From an uncultured archaeon (GTDB lineage Archaea > Asgardarchaeota > Lokiarchaeia > Sigyniarchaeales > SOKP01): 64,000 nt of DNA. The DNA is taken from contig CAZALK010000007.1 in assembly GCA_964486045.1 (NCBI GenBank), positions 64,001 through 128,000 on the forward strand, written 5' to 3'. A program made the translations under genes and the position numbers. Numbering within the stretch: the stretch's first letter is position 1; every line of letters starts with the position of its first letter. Under the pieces are notes generated by a model that did no database searches, was not told the origin of the DNA, and was given only the letters and a program-made list of their open reading frames with translations. This document shows positions 30,357 to 40,161 of this stretch, one piece after another.

Positions 30357-31313
30357 TTATTTTTTGGATTTTCTTCTCTTAACAATCATATAAGTGATTA
30401 ATCCAGCTCCGCATGTCGCTAATATTATTAAAATAATGAAAAATATCCACTCTGAGTTCGAGCTTATAATTTGAAAGATTATGCTCTCACTAACGTCTTT
30501 TACCGTAAAAGAAGATATGGTTCCTTCTTCCCCATATGATAATTCAACAGTGTAATTTGTTTCACCGGATCTTTCAAAGATAAGAGTTCTTCCGCGTGAA
30601 GAAGCATTTTCACATCCAAGTTCGTTTATCAGATCAGTTAAATATGTGGTCTGTGGTGCTGCAACTGCAAGTCCATTTAGAGCAAGTTGCCATAAAAAGT
30701 CATCTGAGGTTACATTAGCAAAGCTATAGTTCATTAGCATTATTGAAGGAATGATGTTAAGAGCAGCTACTATGGTATTAAAATCGTCCAGAATGGTTTT
30801 TAAATCTAAAGGATCTTTAAATACCAAAATACCTTCATTATAACTTGGTTGTTCTAGATGAGCGCCTGCAGTAAAATTCCATACTGCTCCTACACCATAC
30901 CACAGCCTATAACTATCTGTATAATTTGCATTAATAGTAGTTTCATTGTATCCAACACTATTCATAATTACCAGATCTTCAAAACTAATGTATTTTGTCA
31001 AAAATAGAGATGTGAAAACATCCCATGTTTGCCATACAATATCATTCCAACCTAATATAGTAGTTTTGCTCTTCGCACCTGTGATGTTCGCATCTCCTTC
31101 AAACCAGTAGCTAGGATTTGTAGAAGTATTAACCGTAGTTTTCCAAGCAGCATCATTGTAATGATTCACTAATAAATCGTCTGTCCCTTTCGCTAGAGTT
31201 AATTGATAGTTTGGACTCGCGGATACCGTTGTAGCAAACATCCCACAAATAATTATCCCAAATAATATTAGACTCAACATGTTGGTCTTGGATTTGTTCT
31301 TAAGTAATTTCAT
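30357..31313 (-). CDS. Secreted protein with a C-terminal membrane anchor
   Basis: N-terminal signal peptide, C-terminal TM plus basic tail, several N-x-T/S sequons. Confidence 0.7.
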   Translation of the reverse strand: MKLLKNKSKTNMLSLILFGIIICGMFATTVSASPNYQLTLAKGTDDLLVNHYNDAAWKTTVNTSTNPSYWFEGDANITGAKSKTTILGWNDIVWQTWDVFTSLFLTKYISFEDLVIMNSVGYNETTINANYTDSYRLWYGVGAVWNFTAGAHLEQPSYNEGILVFKDPLDLKTILDDFNTIVAALNIIPSIMLMNYSFANVTSDDFLWQLALNGLAVAAPQTTYLTDLINELGCENASSRGRTLIFERSGETNYTVELSYGEEGTISSFTVKDVSESIIFQIISSNSEWIFFIILIILATCGAGLITYMIVKRRKSKK

Positions 31314-31314
31314 C

Positions 31315-32172
31315 TTACAATTGCCTCCGTTTGAATAAATAAGCTGCTAAGATAAAGAAAACGACTATATTTATCAGTAACAACGTAATTCCCATACCAA
31401 TTGTTGGCGTTACCCACTGTCCAAAAGTAAAATCTCCTCCGGGACCAAATGGACCGCCACCCCCACTAAATGAGAATTCAACAAACCTTGGATTTGGAAA
31501 GGGATTACTAAGAATTTCAGAGATAAGGGACCCTAAGTAAGCTAGGGAGTATAAAGGCTCAAAAGCGTCTGCAAATATGATTGTAACGATTTGATCTGCA
31601 ATATTAAATCCAATAAGAAGAAGTACTAAAGTAGAGATGATAGTCAGGTTTACACTTCTCATAAATGAGCTAAAGAATGTAACAAAGCTACTTAAAGCAA
31701 TAACGTATAGTATAGCAATACCATATGAATGAAACAATCGGATATTAATTGGTCCACCATAATAGAAAAAGCCTAGAAGCCCCAGTATAAAATAATAGAT
31801 TGAAACAATTGAAATAACTAAAACTAGATTTCCGATGTATTTTCCTAAGATCAATTTGTATTTGTTGATTTTAGGAAAAACAATAAATCCTGTTTTTTTA
31901 TCAAATTCAGAACAAATAATTCCCGAGAAAAATAAACAAGCGGCAAATAAAGTTAAAAATGATATAAATTGTAATCCTGAGCTAAAATACTCTGCTTGTG
32001 TGTTAGATAAAAGAAAGGAGGGTATTATAGGCAGGATATAACCGAGTAAAAAACTTATTAATATTGTAATTGCTAAAAAGAAATAAAACTTTTTTTTTTG
32101 TTTTTTTAGCTCAAGAACAATCGTATAAACAACCGGTTTTACGGTTGTAAGTTTTCCAAATCTATTTCTCAT
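31315..32172 (-). CDS. ABC-2 type transporter permease
   Basis: Six TM; I.SEFDKKTG...P.I.K..LILGKY motif. Confidence 0.85.
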   Translation of the reverse strand: MRNRFGKLTTVKPVVYTIVLELKKQKKKFYFFLAITILISFLLGYILPIIPSFLLSNTQAEYFSSGLQFISFLTLFAACLFFSGIICSEFDKKTGFIVFPKINKYKLILGKYIGNLVLVISIVSIYYFILGLLGFFYYGGPINIRLFHSYGIAILYVIALSSFVTFFSSFMRSVNLTIISTLVLLLIGFNIADQIVTIIFADAFEPLYSLAYLGSLISEILSNPFPNPRFVEFSFSGGGGPFGPGGDFTFGQWVTPTIGMGITLLLINIVVFFILAAYLFKRRQL

Positions 32173-33215
32173 TTTTTATCAACCTCTGTCATTAGTTCGT
32201 TGTTATTTTTTACCATTTCGGTATAAACTCTCTCCAATTGGGATGTTTTTGGTTGAGTAAATGAGACTACAGTAAAATCTGATTCGAACTCCCTTATTAG
32301 TATTTTTAAGATTTCTCCTTTTGATTCATTTTTTCCATCATAAAATATTTTCAATCTTTGGTTTTCAGGCAAATATTTTACGGGTATCTTTGAGATATCA
32401 GGATCCAAGTTTTTATCTAAAAAGGGATTAAGTTTCTCTGCCAATCTATTTAATAATGGTTCTAATTCACTCGCATTAAGCGGTTTAAATAGTTCAGCGT
32501 TTAATTCACTAGTTTTCAAAGTAAGTGCTAAATTCTCGACTGTATCAAATCCTATAATAGATCCTAAGTTGATTAGGGCTATTTTGTCACACACTTCGGA
32601 AATTTCATATAACATATGTGAGGCTACAAATATTGTTTTTCCTTGAGCCTGAAGCTCCCGAATATATTTCCGGATTTCAACACGAGCTAATGGATCCAAA
32701 CCAGTTTGAGGCTCGTCTAGTATAATAATTTCAGGATTATGTATAAGGGCTTGAATAATACCTACTTTTTGGGTCATTCCTTTAGAAAAGTTTTTAACTT
32801 TCTCATGTTTCCAATCAGTAAGCTTAAAAAGTGCCAGTAATTCATCGATTCGCTCATTAATTTGACCTTTTGGATAATTTTGAAGATTAGCAAAATATCT
32901 AAGGAGTTGATTAGCTGTCATATTGTAAAAGCTTGGGATATCAATCAAAAATCCAATTTGTGTAGCTGTATTAGAAACATGCTGTAAATCTTCTAATTTA
33001 TTGTTATTTGTTCGGATTAGGATTCTTCCTGAATTTGGTCTCAATATCTTCGCAATCATTTTAATAGTAGTCGTTTTTCCTGCACCATTAGGTCCAACCA
33101 ATCCTATAGTTTCACCTCTATGAACTTCTAAGTTAACTCCTTTCACGGCCGTAAAATTCCCAAACTTTTTAGTTAAATTTTCAAATTTTATTACAATTTC
33201 TGACATTGTTTTCAT
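32169..33215 (-). CDS. ABC transporter ATP-binding protein
   Basis: GPNGAGKTT, FSKGMTQK, ILDEP.TGLDP, ASH. Confidence 0.93.
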   Translation of the reverse strand: MKTMSEIVIKFENLTKKFGNFTAVKGVNLEVHRGETIGLVGPNGAGKTTTIKMIAKILRPNSGRILIRTNNNKLEDLQHVSNTATQIGFLIDIPSFYNMTANQLLRYFANLQNYPKGQINERIDELLALFKLTDWKHEKVKNFSKGMTQKVGIIQALIHNPEIIILDEPQTGLDPLARVEIRKYIRELQAQGKTIFVASHMLYEISEVCDKIALINLGSIIGFDTVENLALTLKTSELNAELFKPLNASELEPLLNRLAEKLNPFLDKNLDPDISKIPVKYLPENQRLKIFYDGKNESKGEILKILIREFESDFTVVSFTQPKTSQLERVYTEMVKNNNELMTEVDKK

Positions 33216-33232
33216 TTTTTGATTAAGATTTT

Positions 33233-33862
33233 TTATTTAATTTTATGTTCAGATTTTATTTCTGAAATCTTTTTATCGATGTCTGCTAAACGTTGAGATA
33301 AATGCTCAATCTGTTTACTAATAAATAATTTCTGGATATCTAATATATCTAGTTGTTCTCTTCTAGATTTATCTTCTAGTCTATTCATGAAATCACCTTT
33401 AAAAGGTTCTATAAAATGATTTTTTTCTGAAAGTCCTTGAAGCAGCGCTCTTTGAAAGGGATGGCCTTTAAGAACAAGATCTTGGAGATCTCCTTTAAGA
33501 AAATCATCACCAACTTCAGAAGTAGAGAAAATTATTGTCCTCATTGATTCTCTCATTTCTCTCTCTCGTTTCAACATTAATTCTAATGTGTCTTTACCTT
33601 TTTTTGTAAGCTCATATACTTTTTTAGAATCTTCGGGATCTTGAGTTTTTTGTTGTTTAATCAAGTTCTTATCTCGTAAATCTTTAAGAATAGTATACAT
33701 AGTGGAGTCTGTTGGTGACCATACTCCTAGTGTACGTTTCTCTATCAGCTTTTTGATTTGATAACCGTGTGTTGGTTCTTTATTTAGGACCATAAGCACA
33801 AAAATGTTGACAAAACCCTTTTTCATGGTTTTTTCGAATTTGTCTACTATATTCTCAACCAT
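33233..33862 (-). CDS. PadR-family regulator with C-terminal coiled coil
   Basis: KEPTHGYQIKK..W.PT.STMYTILK.L, KKVYELTKKG. Confidence 0.9.
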   Translation of the reverse strand: MVENIVDKFEKTMKKGFVNIFVLMVLNKEPTHGYQIKKLIEKRTLGVWSPTDSTMYTILKDLRDKNLIKQQKTQDPEDSKKVYELTKKGKDTLELMLKREREMRESMRTIIFSTSEVGDDFLKGDLQDLVLKGHPFQRALLQGLSEKNHFIEPFKGDFMNRLEDKSRREQLDILDIQKLFISKQIEHLSQRLADIDKKISEIKSEHKIK

Positions 33863-33892
33863 AAATTTGAACCATTGATTTATTACTACGTT

Positions 33893-33943
33893 TATCGATA
33901 CATCGACAACGATTGTAATATATCGGTAACCGAAGTATATAAA
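33893..33943 (-). promoter_or_regulatory. TATA box (TTTATATA on minus strand) and palindromic operator candidates
   Basis: ATCG-acaa-CGAT at 33902-33913; TCGG-taa-CCGA at 33923-33933. Confidence 0.55.
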
Positions 33944-34160
33944 CTTTGATATTTTAGACTTCTAATTAAAAGTTATCGAAGTGTGAAACCTACTGCGGTT
34001 TATCGCGGAAACTGTCGTTATTAGAATTTTGGTTTCGCTCTTAGGCAATTGATGGGTAAATTATTGAAATATGTACATATTTTTATATCTGCTTTTGTAT
34101 TACAAGTAATGTAGTATAATTAAAGTAATCTAAGTAATAATTTCAATAGGGAATGTAAAA

Positions 34161-34385
34161 ATGCCAAAAAAAAAGAATAAGACGGCTATGAAGGAAATTA
34201 GAAACAGAATTAACGGAATATATGAATCAGAAATAGTCGATGAATTTATCAATAAGATATCGGGAATAGGATTATCAAAATTATCAAAAGAAGAATTAGA
34301 ATTGATGTTTGAGAAATTTAAGAATAACATACCTAAAAAACTTAGAAAAAGAATTAAGTTGGATTTAGAACATAGAGATGATTAA
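34161..34385 (+). CDS. Small hypothetical protein
   Basis: 74-aa ORF with plausible composition. Confidence 0.45.
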   Translation: MPKKKNKTAMKEIRNRINGIYESEIVDEFINKISGIGLSKLSKEELELMFEKFKNNIPKKLRKRIKLDLEHRDD

Positions 34386-34409
34386 ATAATTTCATTCAGT
34401 TTAGATCTT

Positions 34410-35531
34410 CTATTTAATTTTTTCGACTTCTTTAAATTTCTGTATATCTTTTTTCTCTATCTTCATCACTATAAAGGCACTTAAAATGCTTATTCCTGCC
34501 TTTACAGAAGCACGTATCCCTAATTTATCATGCGCAGTTTTAAGTAGCCACCCTAAGATGATGTTAAATGCCACTACGGCTATCCATATTGTATGGTAAG
34601 CACTTAACTGTCCCATAAAAAGCACGAGTAGAACATTATGTCCAAGAAAAATGGTAAATGAGTAGTAAGAATAGTAATAGAGAAGGTTATAGCTCTTTTT
34701 TGTTTTAATTACCTCCATTATTTCTATCACGATAAGTATCGTTAGCGAAGCTATTATAAAACCTAATGAATAAAGAACAGAGGATATGGAATTAAAGATG
34801 AGAAAATTTGGAAACAGAAATACAATACCAAAAATATAAACGGATATACTCACAAAAAAGGAATAAATAATTGCTCTATGTGTAAATAAAAATTCTTTTT
34901 TCTGCTGATCCTTAGCATTTCCCAAGTCAAAAATAAATTCTCCTATAACTGAACCAATAATTACAATTCCATAATAGTTTAAGATAGCATATGATGTATC
35001 TATGGGATTAAATAATAGATGACAAAAGATACCTAATAAATTAGATTGGCCATTATATGGGGAAAGAATTGTCAATAGGATTTGGTTAAGAATTACTACT
35101 ATAATGGCTATACATACTCTAAATACTTTAGACGTTTTTAATAAAGGCCACAAAAGTATTAATGCAATTGCGATTGTTTGCAACGCATTCCAGCTCCATA
35201 TATCTGTTAGATCACCACCACCGAATACCATAGCAACACCAAAGTTGAAAAAAAGTGCTATTATTAATATGAAAAGCCCTCTCAATAGAAATATATTTCT
35301 CATAGTGTTCATGTGCACTTTCTGTGTTTGTAGATTATTTTTATAAGCTAATGTCGAACTTACACCTGAAATAAAGAGAAAACCTGTAGCACCAATTGGT
35401 GCCAGAAATGCATACAACCAGTATTTAAGCAAGATATCTTCTGGTCTTATCCAGAACTGAAGCATGTGCCCATACACCATAATCCATATAGAAAAACCTC
35501 TTAGAATATCAACACTCTTTATCCGTTGCAA
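34410..35531 (-). CDS. HGSNAT-like/DUF1624 membrane acyltransferase
   Basis: RIKSVDILRGFSI..MVYGH, FLFISGVS; multi-TM. Confidence 0.8.
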   Translation of the reverse strand: MQRIKSVDILRGFSIWIMVYGHMLQFWIRPEDILLKYWLYAFLAPIGATGFLFISGVSSTLAYKNNLQTQKVHMNTMRNIFLLRGLFILIIALFFNFGVAMVFGGGDLTDIWSWNALQTIAIALILLWPLLKTSKVFRVCIAIIVVILNQILLTILSPYNGQSNLLGIFCHLLFNPIDTSYAILNYYGIVIIGSVIGEFIFDLGNAKDQQKKEFLFTHRAIIYSFFVSISVYIFGIVFLFPNFLIFNSISSVLYSLGFIIASLTILIVIEIMEVIKTKKSYNLLYYYSYYSFTIFLGHNVLLVLFMGQLSAYHTIWIAVVAFNIILGWLLKTAHDKLGIRASVKAGISILSAFIVMKIEKKDIQKFKEVEKIK

Positions 35532-35719
35532 TTTCCTAAAAAATGGTATATATTTTTTATATTTTAAATTGTCAAAGAAATATATAACATTTTATAACAT
35601 TTCATAAAAACAGATTTTTTAGAAAACTAACTTATCAATTCTCGAAGATTTATGTCAGAAAAAACTGTAAAAAGGTGAAATAAAAAAAAATATAAAATTA
35701 ATTACATCTCAATCCAAAC

Positions 35720-36133
35720 TTATTCAGAGGAACGAGCATACGATAGAACTTGGGCAATAATAGCTATTTGAGAGGCTCCTTTTGTTTTTTTTCCTCCCAT
35801 TTTACGAATCCATTTACCAGATTTCCAGTTTCCTGCTTCAGTCAGTGTATTGGTAGTAGGGAACTCCCACCAAGCCCATGCGCGAAGTTTTGTACCTACT
35901 TTTTTAATATCAAAGTCAGGATCCTTTTGTATACCTTCAACTGTAACACAATCATCAATAATAGTAATTAAAGCAGCCCATTTTGGATCTTCTTCATTGT
36001 TAAAAAGAACCCGGGTCTTTTGTGATTTAACGAAATCCTGACATTCTTGTTTTCCCATGGCTATATTAACTAAACTTCCCATAAACTTAGCAAAACCTTT
36101 GAGTCTTGGTTTTCTAGGTTTTTCGTTCGACAT
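35720..36133 (-). CDS. Hypothetical protein, possibly SCP2-like
   Basis: Alpha/beta pattern and a K.KG-type C-terminus; weak. Confidence 0.4.
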   Translation of the reverse strand: MSNEKPRKPRLKGFAKFMGSLVNIAMGKQECQDFVKSQKTRVLFNNEEDPKWAALITIIDDCVTVEGIQKDPDFDIKKVGTKLRAWAWWEFPTTNTLTEAGNWKSGKWIRKMGGKKTKGASQIAIIAQVLSYARSSE

Positions 36134-36171
36134 TTTTTATCTCGTGTTAGTTTGATTTGTAATCTATAAAT

Positions 36172-37617
36172 TTAGAATAAACCAGCTTTTTTAAGACCTT
36201 TGACCATGTCCTCTTTTTCTTTTCCTTCAAGAGTATAGTATTTTCTAAATACCTGTGACATCACAACGAATAAAATACAAGGAATCACTGCTCCCATAAT
36301 TATTATTCCCGCCTTAGCTGTCTCAGTTTGAGTTGGAGCACCAGGAACATAAGTCACCATAGTTAATACTATAAAGAAGACTATTGCCTGTACGAGAAAT
36401 GCCATGCGGAAGAAAAAGTTCCGAAGCCCCACGAATGTGGCATCACTGCGTTTTCCTAATTTGAGTGCAACTTCGTCATAGGTGTCTGATGCAACCGGCA
36501 TCAGCATAGTGACCTCACCTGCGTAAAATATATTCATTATAAATAAAAATACCGTGTGCAGTGTAATAAATGTTGATGATCCGAAAGGTATAGCTAACAT
36601 AGCCAGAAATGGTAGAAATAAAAGACCATGCATTAAAAACGCTACCCAATACGTTCTCTTGAAATTACCTTTTCTTGTAAAATTAGACCAGAACGGGATC
36701 GAAGCTATAGCAGCTATAATACTAAGCAATAGTGGTATTCTTTGTGCATCCAAACCTACTCCATAGACATCAACAAAAAAGTAAATTTGAGCCGCATTCC
36801 ATAAAGTTGTCGCTGTTACTTGAACAGTGTACCCAACGAGCGAAACCCGGAAGTTCTTTGTTTTAAGAGCTTTTTTTGTTACTTCTATGAAACTGGCTTT
36901 GTCAGCAGATTTATATTTTTCAATGAACATTGATTTCATTTCTTCTGATTCACCAATTCCAAACTTTATAGTAGGAATAGTGAAAATGATCAATAATACC
37001 ACCATTACTATTGCATTAATGATATACGATGACTGCGCATTCTCATCTCTTCCTATAATAGCTGTTTGCAGAACCGACATAACGATAAGCGTTATAAACA
37101 ACATTACTGTCATTAACATAAACGATTTCCTACGCTCGAACTTTGATGGAAATTGGTTAGTGTATCCGCCATATAGATGGTCATTGTAAATTGAGAAAAA
37201 CGTATCGAATATACATACAATCAAAACCATGTATATAAATTTAGCACTATCATCCACTCCTGTTGGTACCGTCCAGATAAGTATGAAAAATATTAACATA
37301 GGAGCAGTCATAAGTACAATCCAAGGTGCACGTAATCCCCATTTTTTAGTCCATTTCAAGGGTTTATCAGTCAAATAGCCTAATAATGGATCATTGAGCA
37401 TATTCCATAATGCAAAGATAATCATAGACCATAGAATTAATTCGGCACTAATACCAATTACAACCCGGTAAAAATAGTCCATATTTGCTAATCCATACAG
37501 TAATAAAAAATTCACAATGATATAACCGAAGCCATAACCAGCCATTTTCTTTGTAGATGCTATTTCCCACTCGGAAAGATCTTCTTTTGTTGTGATTTTT
37601 TCTTCTTTTGTTGCCAT
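36172..37617 (-). CDS. MFS/GPH-family sugar:cation symporter
   Basis: WNMLNDPLLGYLTD..KWG.RAPWI, D..DE..LK.GKR; 12 TM. Confidence 0.88.
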   Translation of the reverse strand: MATKEEKITTKEDLSEWEIASTKKMAGYGFGYIIVNFLLLYGLANMDYFYRVVIGISAELILWSMIIFALWNMLNDPLLGYLTDKPLKWTKKWGLRAPWIVLMTAPMLIFFILIWTVPTGVDDSAKFIYMVLIVCIFDTFFSIYNDHLYGGYTNQFPSKFERRKSFMLMTVMLFITLIVMSVLQTAIIGRDENAQSSYIINAIVMVVLLIIFTIPTIKFGIGESEEMKSMFIEKYKSADKASFIEVTKKALKTKNFRVSLVGYTVQVTATTLWNAAQIYFFVDVYGVGLDAQRIPLLLSIIAAIASIPFWSNFTRKGNFKRTYWVAFLMHGLLFLPFLAMLAIPFGSSTFITLHTVFLFIMNIFYAGEVTMLMPVASDTYDEVALKLGKRSDATFVGLRNFFFRMAFLVQAIVFFIVLTMVTYVPGAPTQTETAKAGIIIMGAVIPCILFVVMSQVFRKYYTLEGKEKEDMVKGLKKAGLF

Positions 37618-37837
37618 ATTTAATCCAATTTTTTTATTTCTTTTTTATTTAAAATGAAATAATAATTATTATTAACTAATATCCTTATGATTATATACTT
37701 AATTAAACACAAATTCAGATGAATTAAGAATATTTCAGGAGGGAAGTGATGGCTAGCACGTTTGGATAAAGATGAAGAGCCATTATGCCATTATAAGTTC
37801 TTAAGATATCAATATATAAAGATTAGCAGTATTCCTT

Positions 37838-38110
37838 ATGGTAAATGGCGCGGGGGGGTTTTCACCTAATACTATGACAAAGGAGCGATTCCTAAAGGAA
37901 TTTGAAGCTTATAAAAATATATTAAAAGCTTGGAGTGTGGGTCATGTTATTAAAGGAATTCAAATCTATGAGATGGTCAGCTTTAGATTAGGAGAATATA
38001 TTTCTGAAAAGGTGGAGATTTTGAAAAATTGCTTATTGCAACCACATGGTTCCTATGATTGGCTAAAAGACTTAGACAGACACATAAATCAGAAAAAAAG
38101 GGGATACTAG
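37838..38110 (+). CDS. Hypothetical protein
   Basis: 90-aa ORF, no recognisable motif. Confidence 0.4.
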   Translation: MVNGAGGFSPNTMTKERFLKEFEAYKNILKAWSVGHVIKGIQIYEMVSFRLGEYISEKVEILKNCLLQPHGSYDWLKDLDRHINQKKRGY

Positions 38111-38250
38111 AAAAGATACTATCAGGATCTTTATTTTTTTTATTCACCTCAATATTACCCTTGTATTATATAGAATAATATATCTAAGAAAGCTTCAAAA
38201 CATTAACGAAACAAGTTTAATCAAATCAAAAAGGGGTTTAAGATTAAAAT

Positions 38251-38409
38251 ATGAAACTAATAACTGTTCATATACCAGAAGCCTATCTTTCAGGAATAGA
38301 AGAGTTAGTTAACATGAATTTATATCCTAATCGTTCTGAAGTAATTCGCGTAGCAATACGAGATTTGCTAAAAACTGAACTTAGTGTCATCTTGAGGAGA
38401 CCGGATTAA
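38251..38409 (+). CDS. Ribbon-helix-helix (CopG/CdrS-like) DNA-binding protein, 52 aa, absent from the ORF track
   Basis: MKLITVHIPEAYLSGIEELVNMNLYPNRSEVIRVAIRDLLKTELSVILRRPD. Confidence 0.85.
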   Translation: MKLITVHIPEAYLSGIEELVNMNLYPNRSEVIRVAIRDLLKTELSVILRRPD

Positions 38410-38574
38410 TTTAAATACATTTTCTTCCTTTCTTTTATAATTCATTCATGTTAAAAGAGAAAATCTATTCTCCTAATATATTTTGAATTCAGGATTTACT
38501 CTCTTACTTATGTCTTCTAAACTATAAATAAAAAAAAATAGAATATTTAGAATTCCAATTATTATTCATAATTT

Positions 38575-39141
38575 TTAAGAGATATATGTTTGTACTAGTA
38601 ATGTACTGGAAAAAATTGTATTGCTGACATCACTTCCATATATACCAATCGAAATATTATGAGCTCCAGCGGAAATTGTTTCTAATGCAAGGTGAAATGA
38701 TACAGGTGCATCTATCCTAGTCCCCCACGTTTCCAAGATCCTCTCAGGATATTGAGGACTAGACAATATACTACCATCTAACAAAAAATTAAATAGTATA
38801 AACGAAGGTGCTCCCGCTACTACTGTTGCATAAGTACTAAAAAGAAAAAATGCTGATTCTCCAGCATTTACAGTAAAATTGATTAATAACGAATCAACTG
38901 GTATTCATGCGTTGAAAGGATTAGTATCCACAGAGGAGTAATCTAAATCAGACCACGTATTTCTTATTCCAGAAACCGCATCTACACCATCCTGTCCAGG
39001 AGGTCCTTGAGGTCCTTCAGGTCCCTCAGGTCCTTTAGGTCCTTCTATTACTTGAAAATTCACCATAGTAAACGCTCCGAGCCCCAATCCACCTGCGCCT
39101 ATAATAAGAGCAAATATAGCCAAACCAGTTGATTTTGCCAT
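38575..39141 (-). pseudogene. Membrane-anchored collagen-repeat + beta-sandwich protein with an in-frame TGA (38907-38905)
   Basis: ...GPKGPEGPEGPQGPPGQDG...TNPFNA*IPVDSLLINFTVNAGESAFFLFST...; the paralog has W at this position. Confidence 0.8.
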
Positions 39142-39285
39142 TGTTTCATTCTTTCAATTTTTTAAAATTACAGTTAAGATTCTTTTTGTAAAAATATTAA
39201 TTAAGTAAGTATATGGACAAACTTCAATAAAAAAGTGCTATTTCTAATTTAAAATTTTAAAAATCCTTTTTCCTTTTCTTATTTA

Positions 39286-39468
39286 ATGCCCTTTACTCAT
39301 AAAGATTTTGAATTTATCGATGCCCACAGTCATTTTTTCCCTCCTCAAATATTTAAGGCAATTTGGGAGTTTTTTGAGAAGACAGATGAGAAAGGTAATA
39401 TTCAACGCTGCCTTACAATTATAATTCAGAATTTACTCTCTTACACATGTTTTCAAAGCCACAAATAA
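39286..39468 (+). pseudogene. 5' fragment of amidohydrolase (duplicate of the 40162 start)
   Basis: MPFTHKDFEFIDAHSHFFPPQIFKAIWEFFEKTDEKGNIQ nearly matches the N-terminus of 40162..41022, then diverges. Confidence 0.85.
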
Positions 39469-39512
39469 AAAAAAATTAAGTTATTTAAAATTCTAATTTT
39501 TATTGATAACTC

Positions 39513-40016
39513 CTAAGAGAAATATGTTTGTACTAGTAGTGTGCTGGAAGAAATTTGATTACTGATATCATTCCCTAATATGTGAATCGAAAGATTGTGA
39601 GCCCCCGCAGAAATTGTTTCTAACATGTAGTGAAAGGATACAGGTGCTGACATTACACCCCCCGGATTTGAAAGTAACCAATAAGGATGTAGAGGATCAT
39701 TTAATCTAACACTGTCCAACGCAAATCTAAATTCCATAAATGAAGTTGCGCTTAAAAATGCAGAAGTACTAAAAAGAAAAAATGCCGATTCTCCAGCATT
39801 TACAGTAAAATTGATTAATAGTTGATCGACCTGTATCCATGTGGGATCCATAGGGTTAGTAACCACAGAACCTTCATGGAAATCAGACCACGCATTACTT
39901 ATTCCAGAATCCCCACCTGTAGGTGTTGGAACAAAAAACACTTGATAAGCTCCGAGTCCTAAGGCACCAATTGCAATTATAAGTGCAAATACAGCCAGAC
40001 CAGTTGATTTTGCCAT
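39513..40016 (-). CDS. N-terminally anchored beta-sandwich surface protein (no collagen repeat)
   Basis: Signal anchor MAKSTGLAVFALII; paralog of 38575..39141. Confidence 0.75.
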   Translation of the reverse strand: MAKSTGLAVFALIIAIGALGLGAYQVFFVPTPTGGDSGISNAWSDFHEGSVVTNPMDPTWIQVDQLLINFTVNAGESAFFLFSTSAFLSATSFMEFRFALDSVRLNDPLHPYWLLSNPGGVMSAPVSFHYMLETISAGAHNLSIHILGNDISNQISSSTLLVQTYFS

Positions 40017-40161
40017 TATTTAATTCCTCAAATTTTTTAAAATAAAAGAATAGGTTTCTTTTTGTAAAATTATTAATTAAGTTAGTATATAGACAAACTT
40101 CAATAAAAAAGTACGATTTTTAATTTAAAATTTTAAAAGTCCTTTTTCTTTTTCTTATTTA

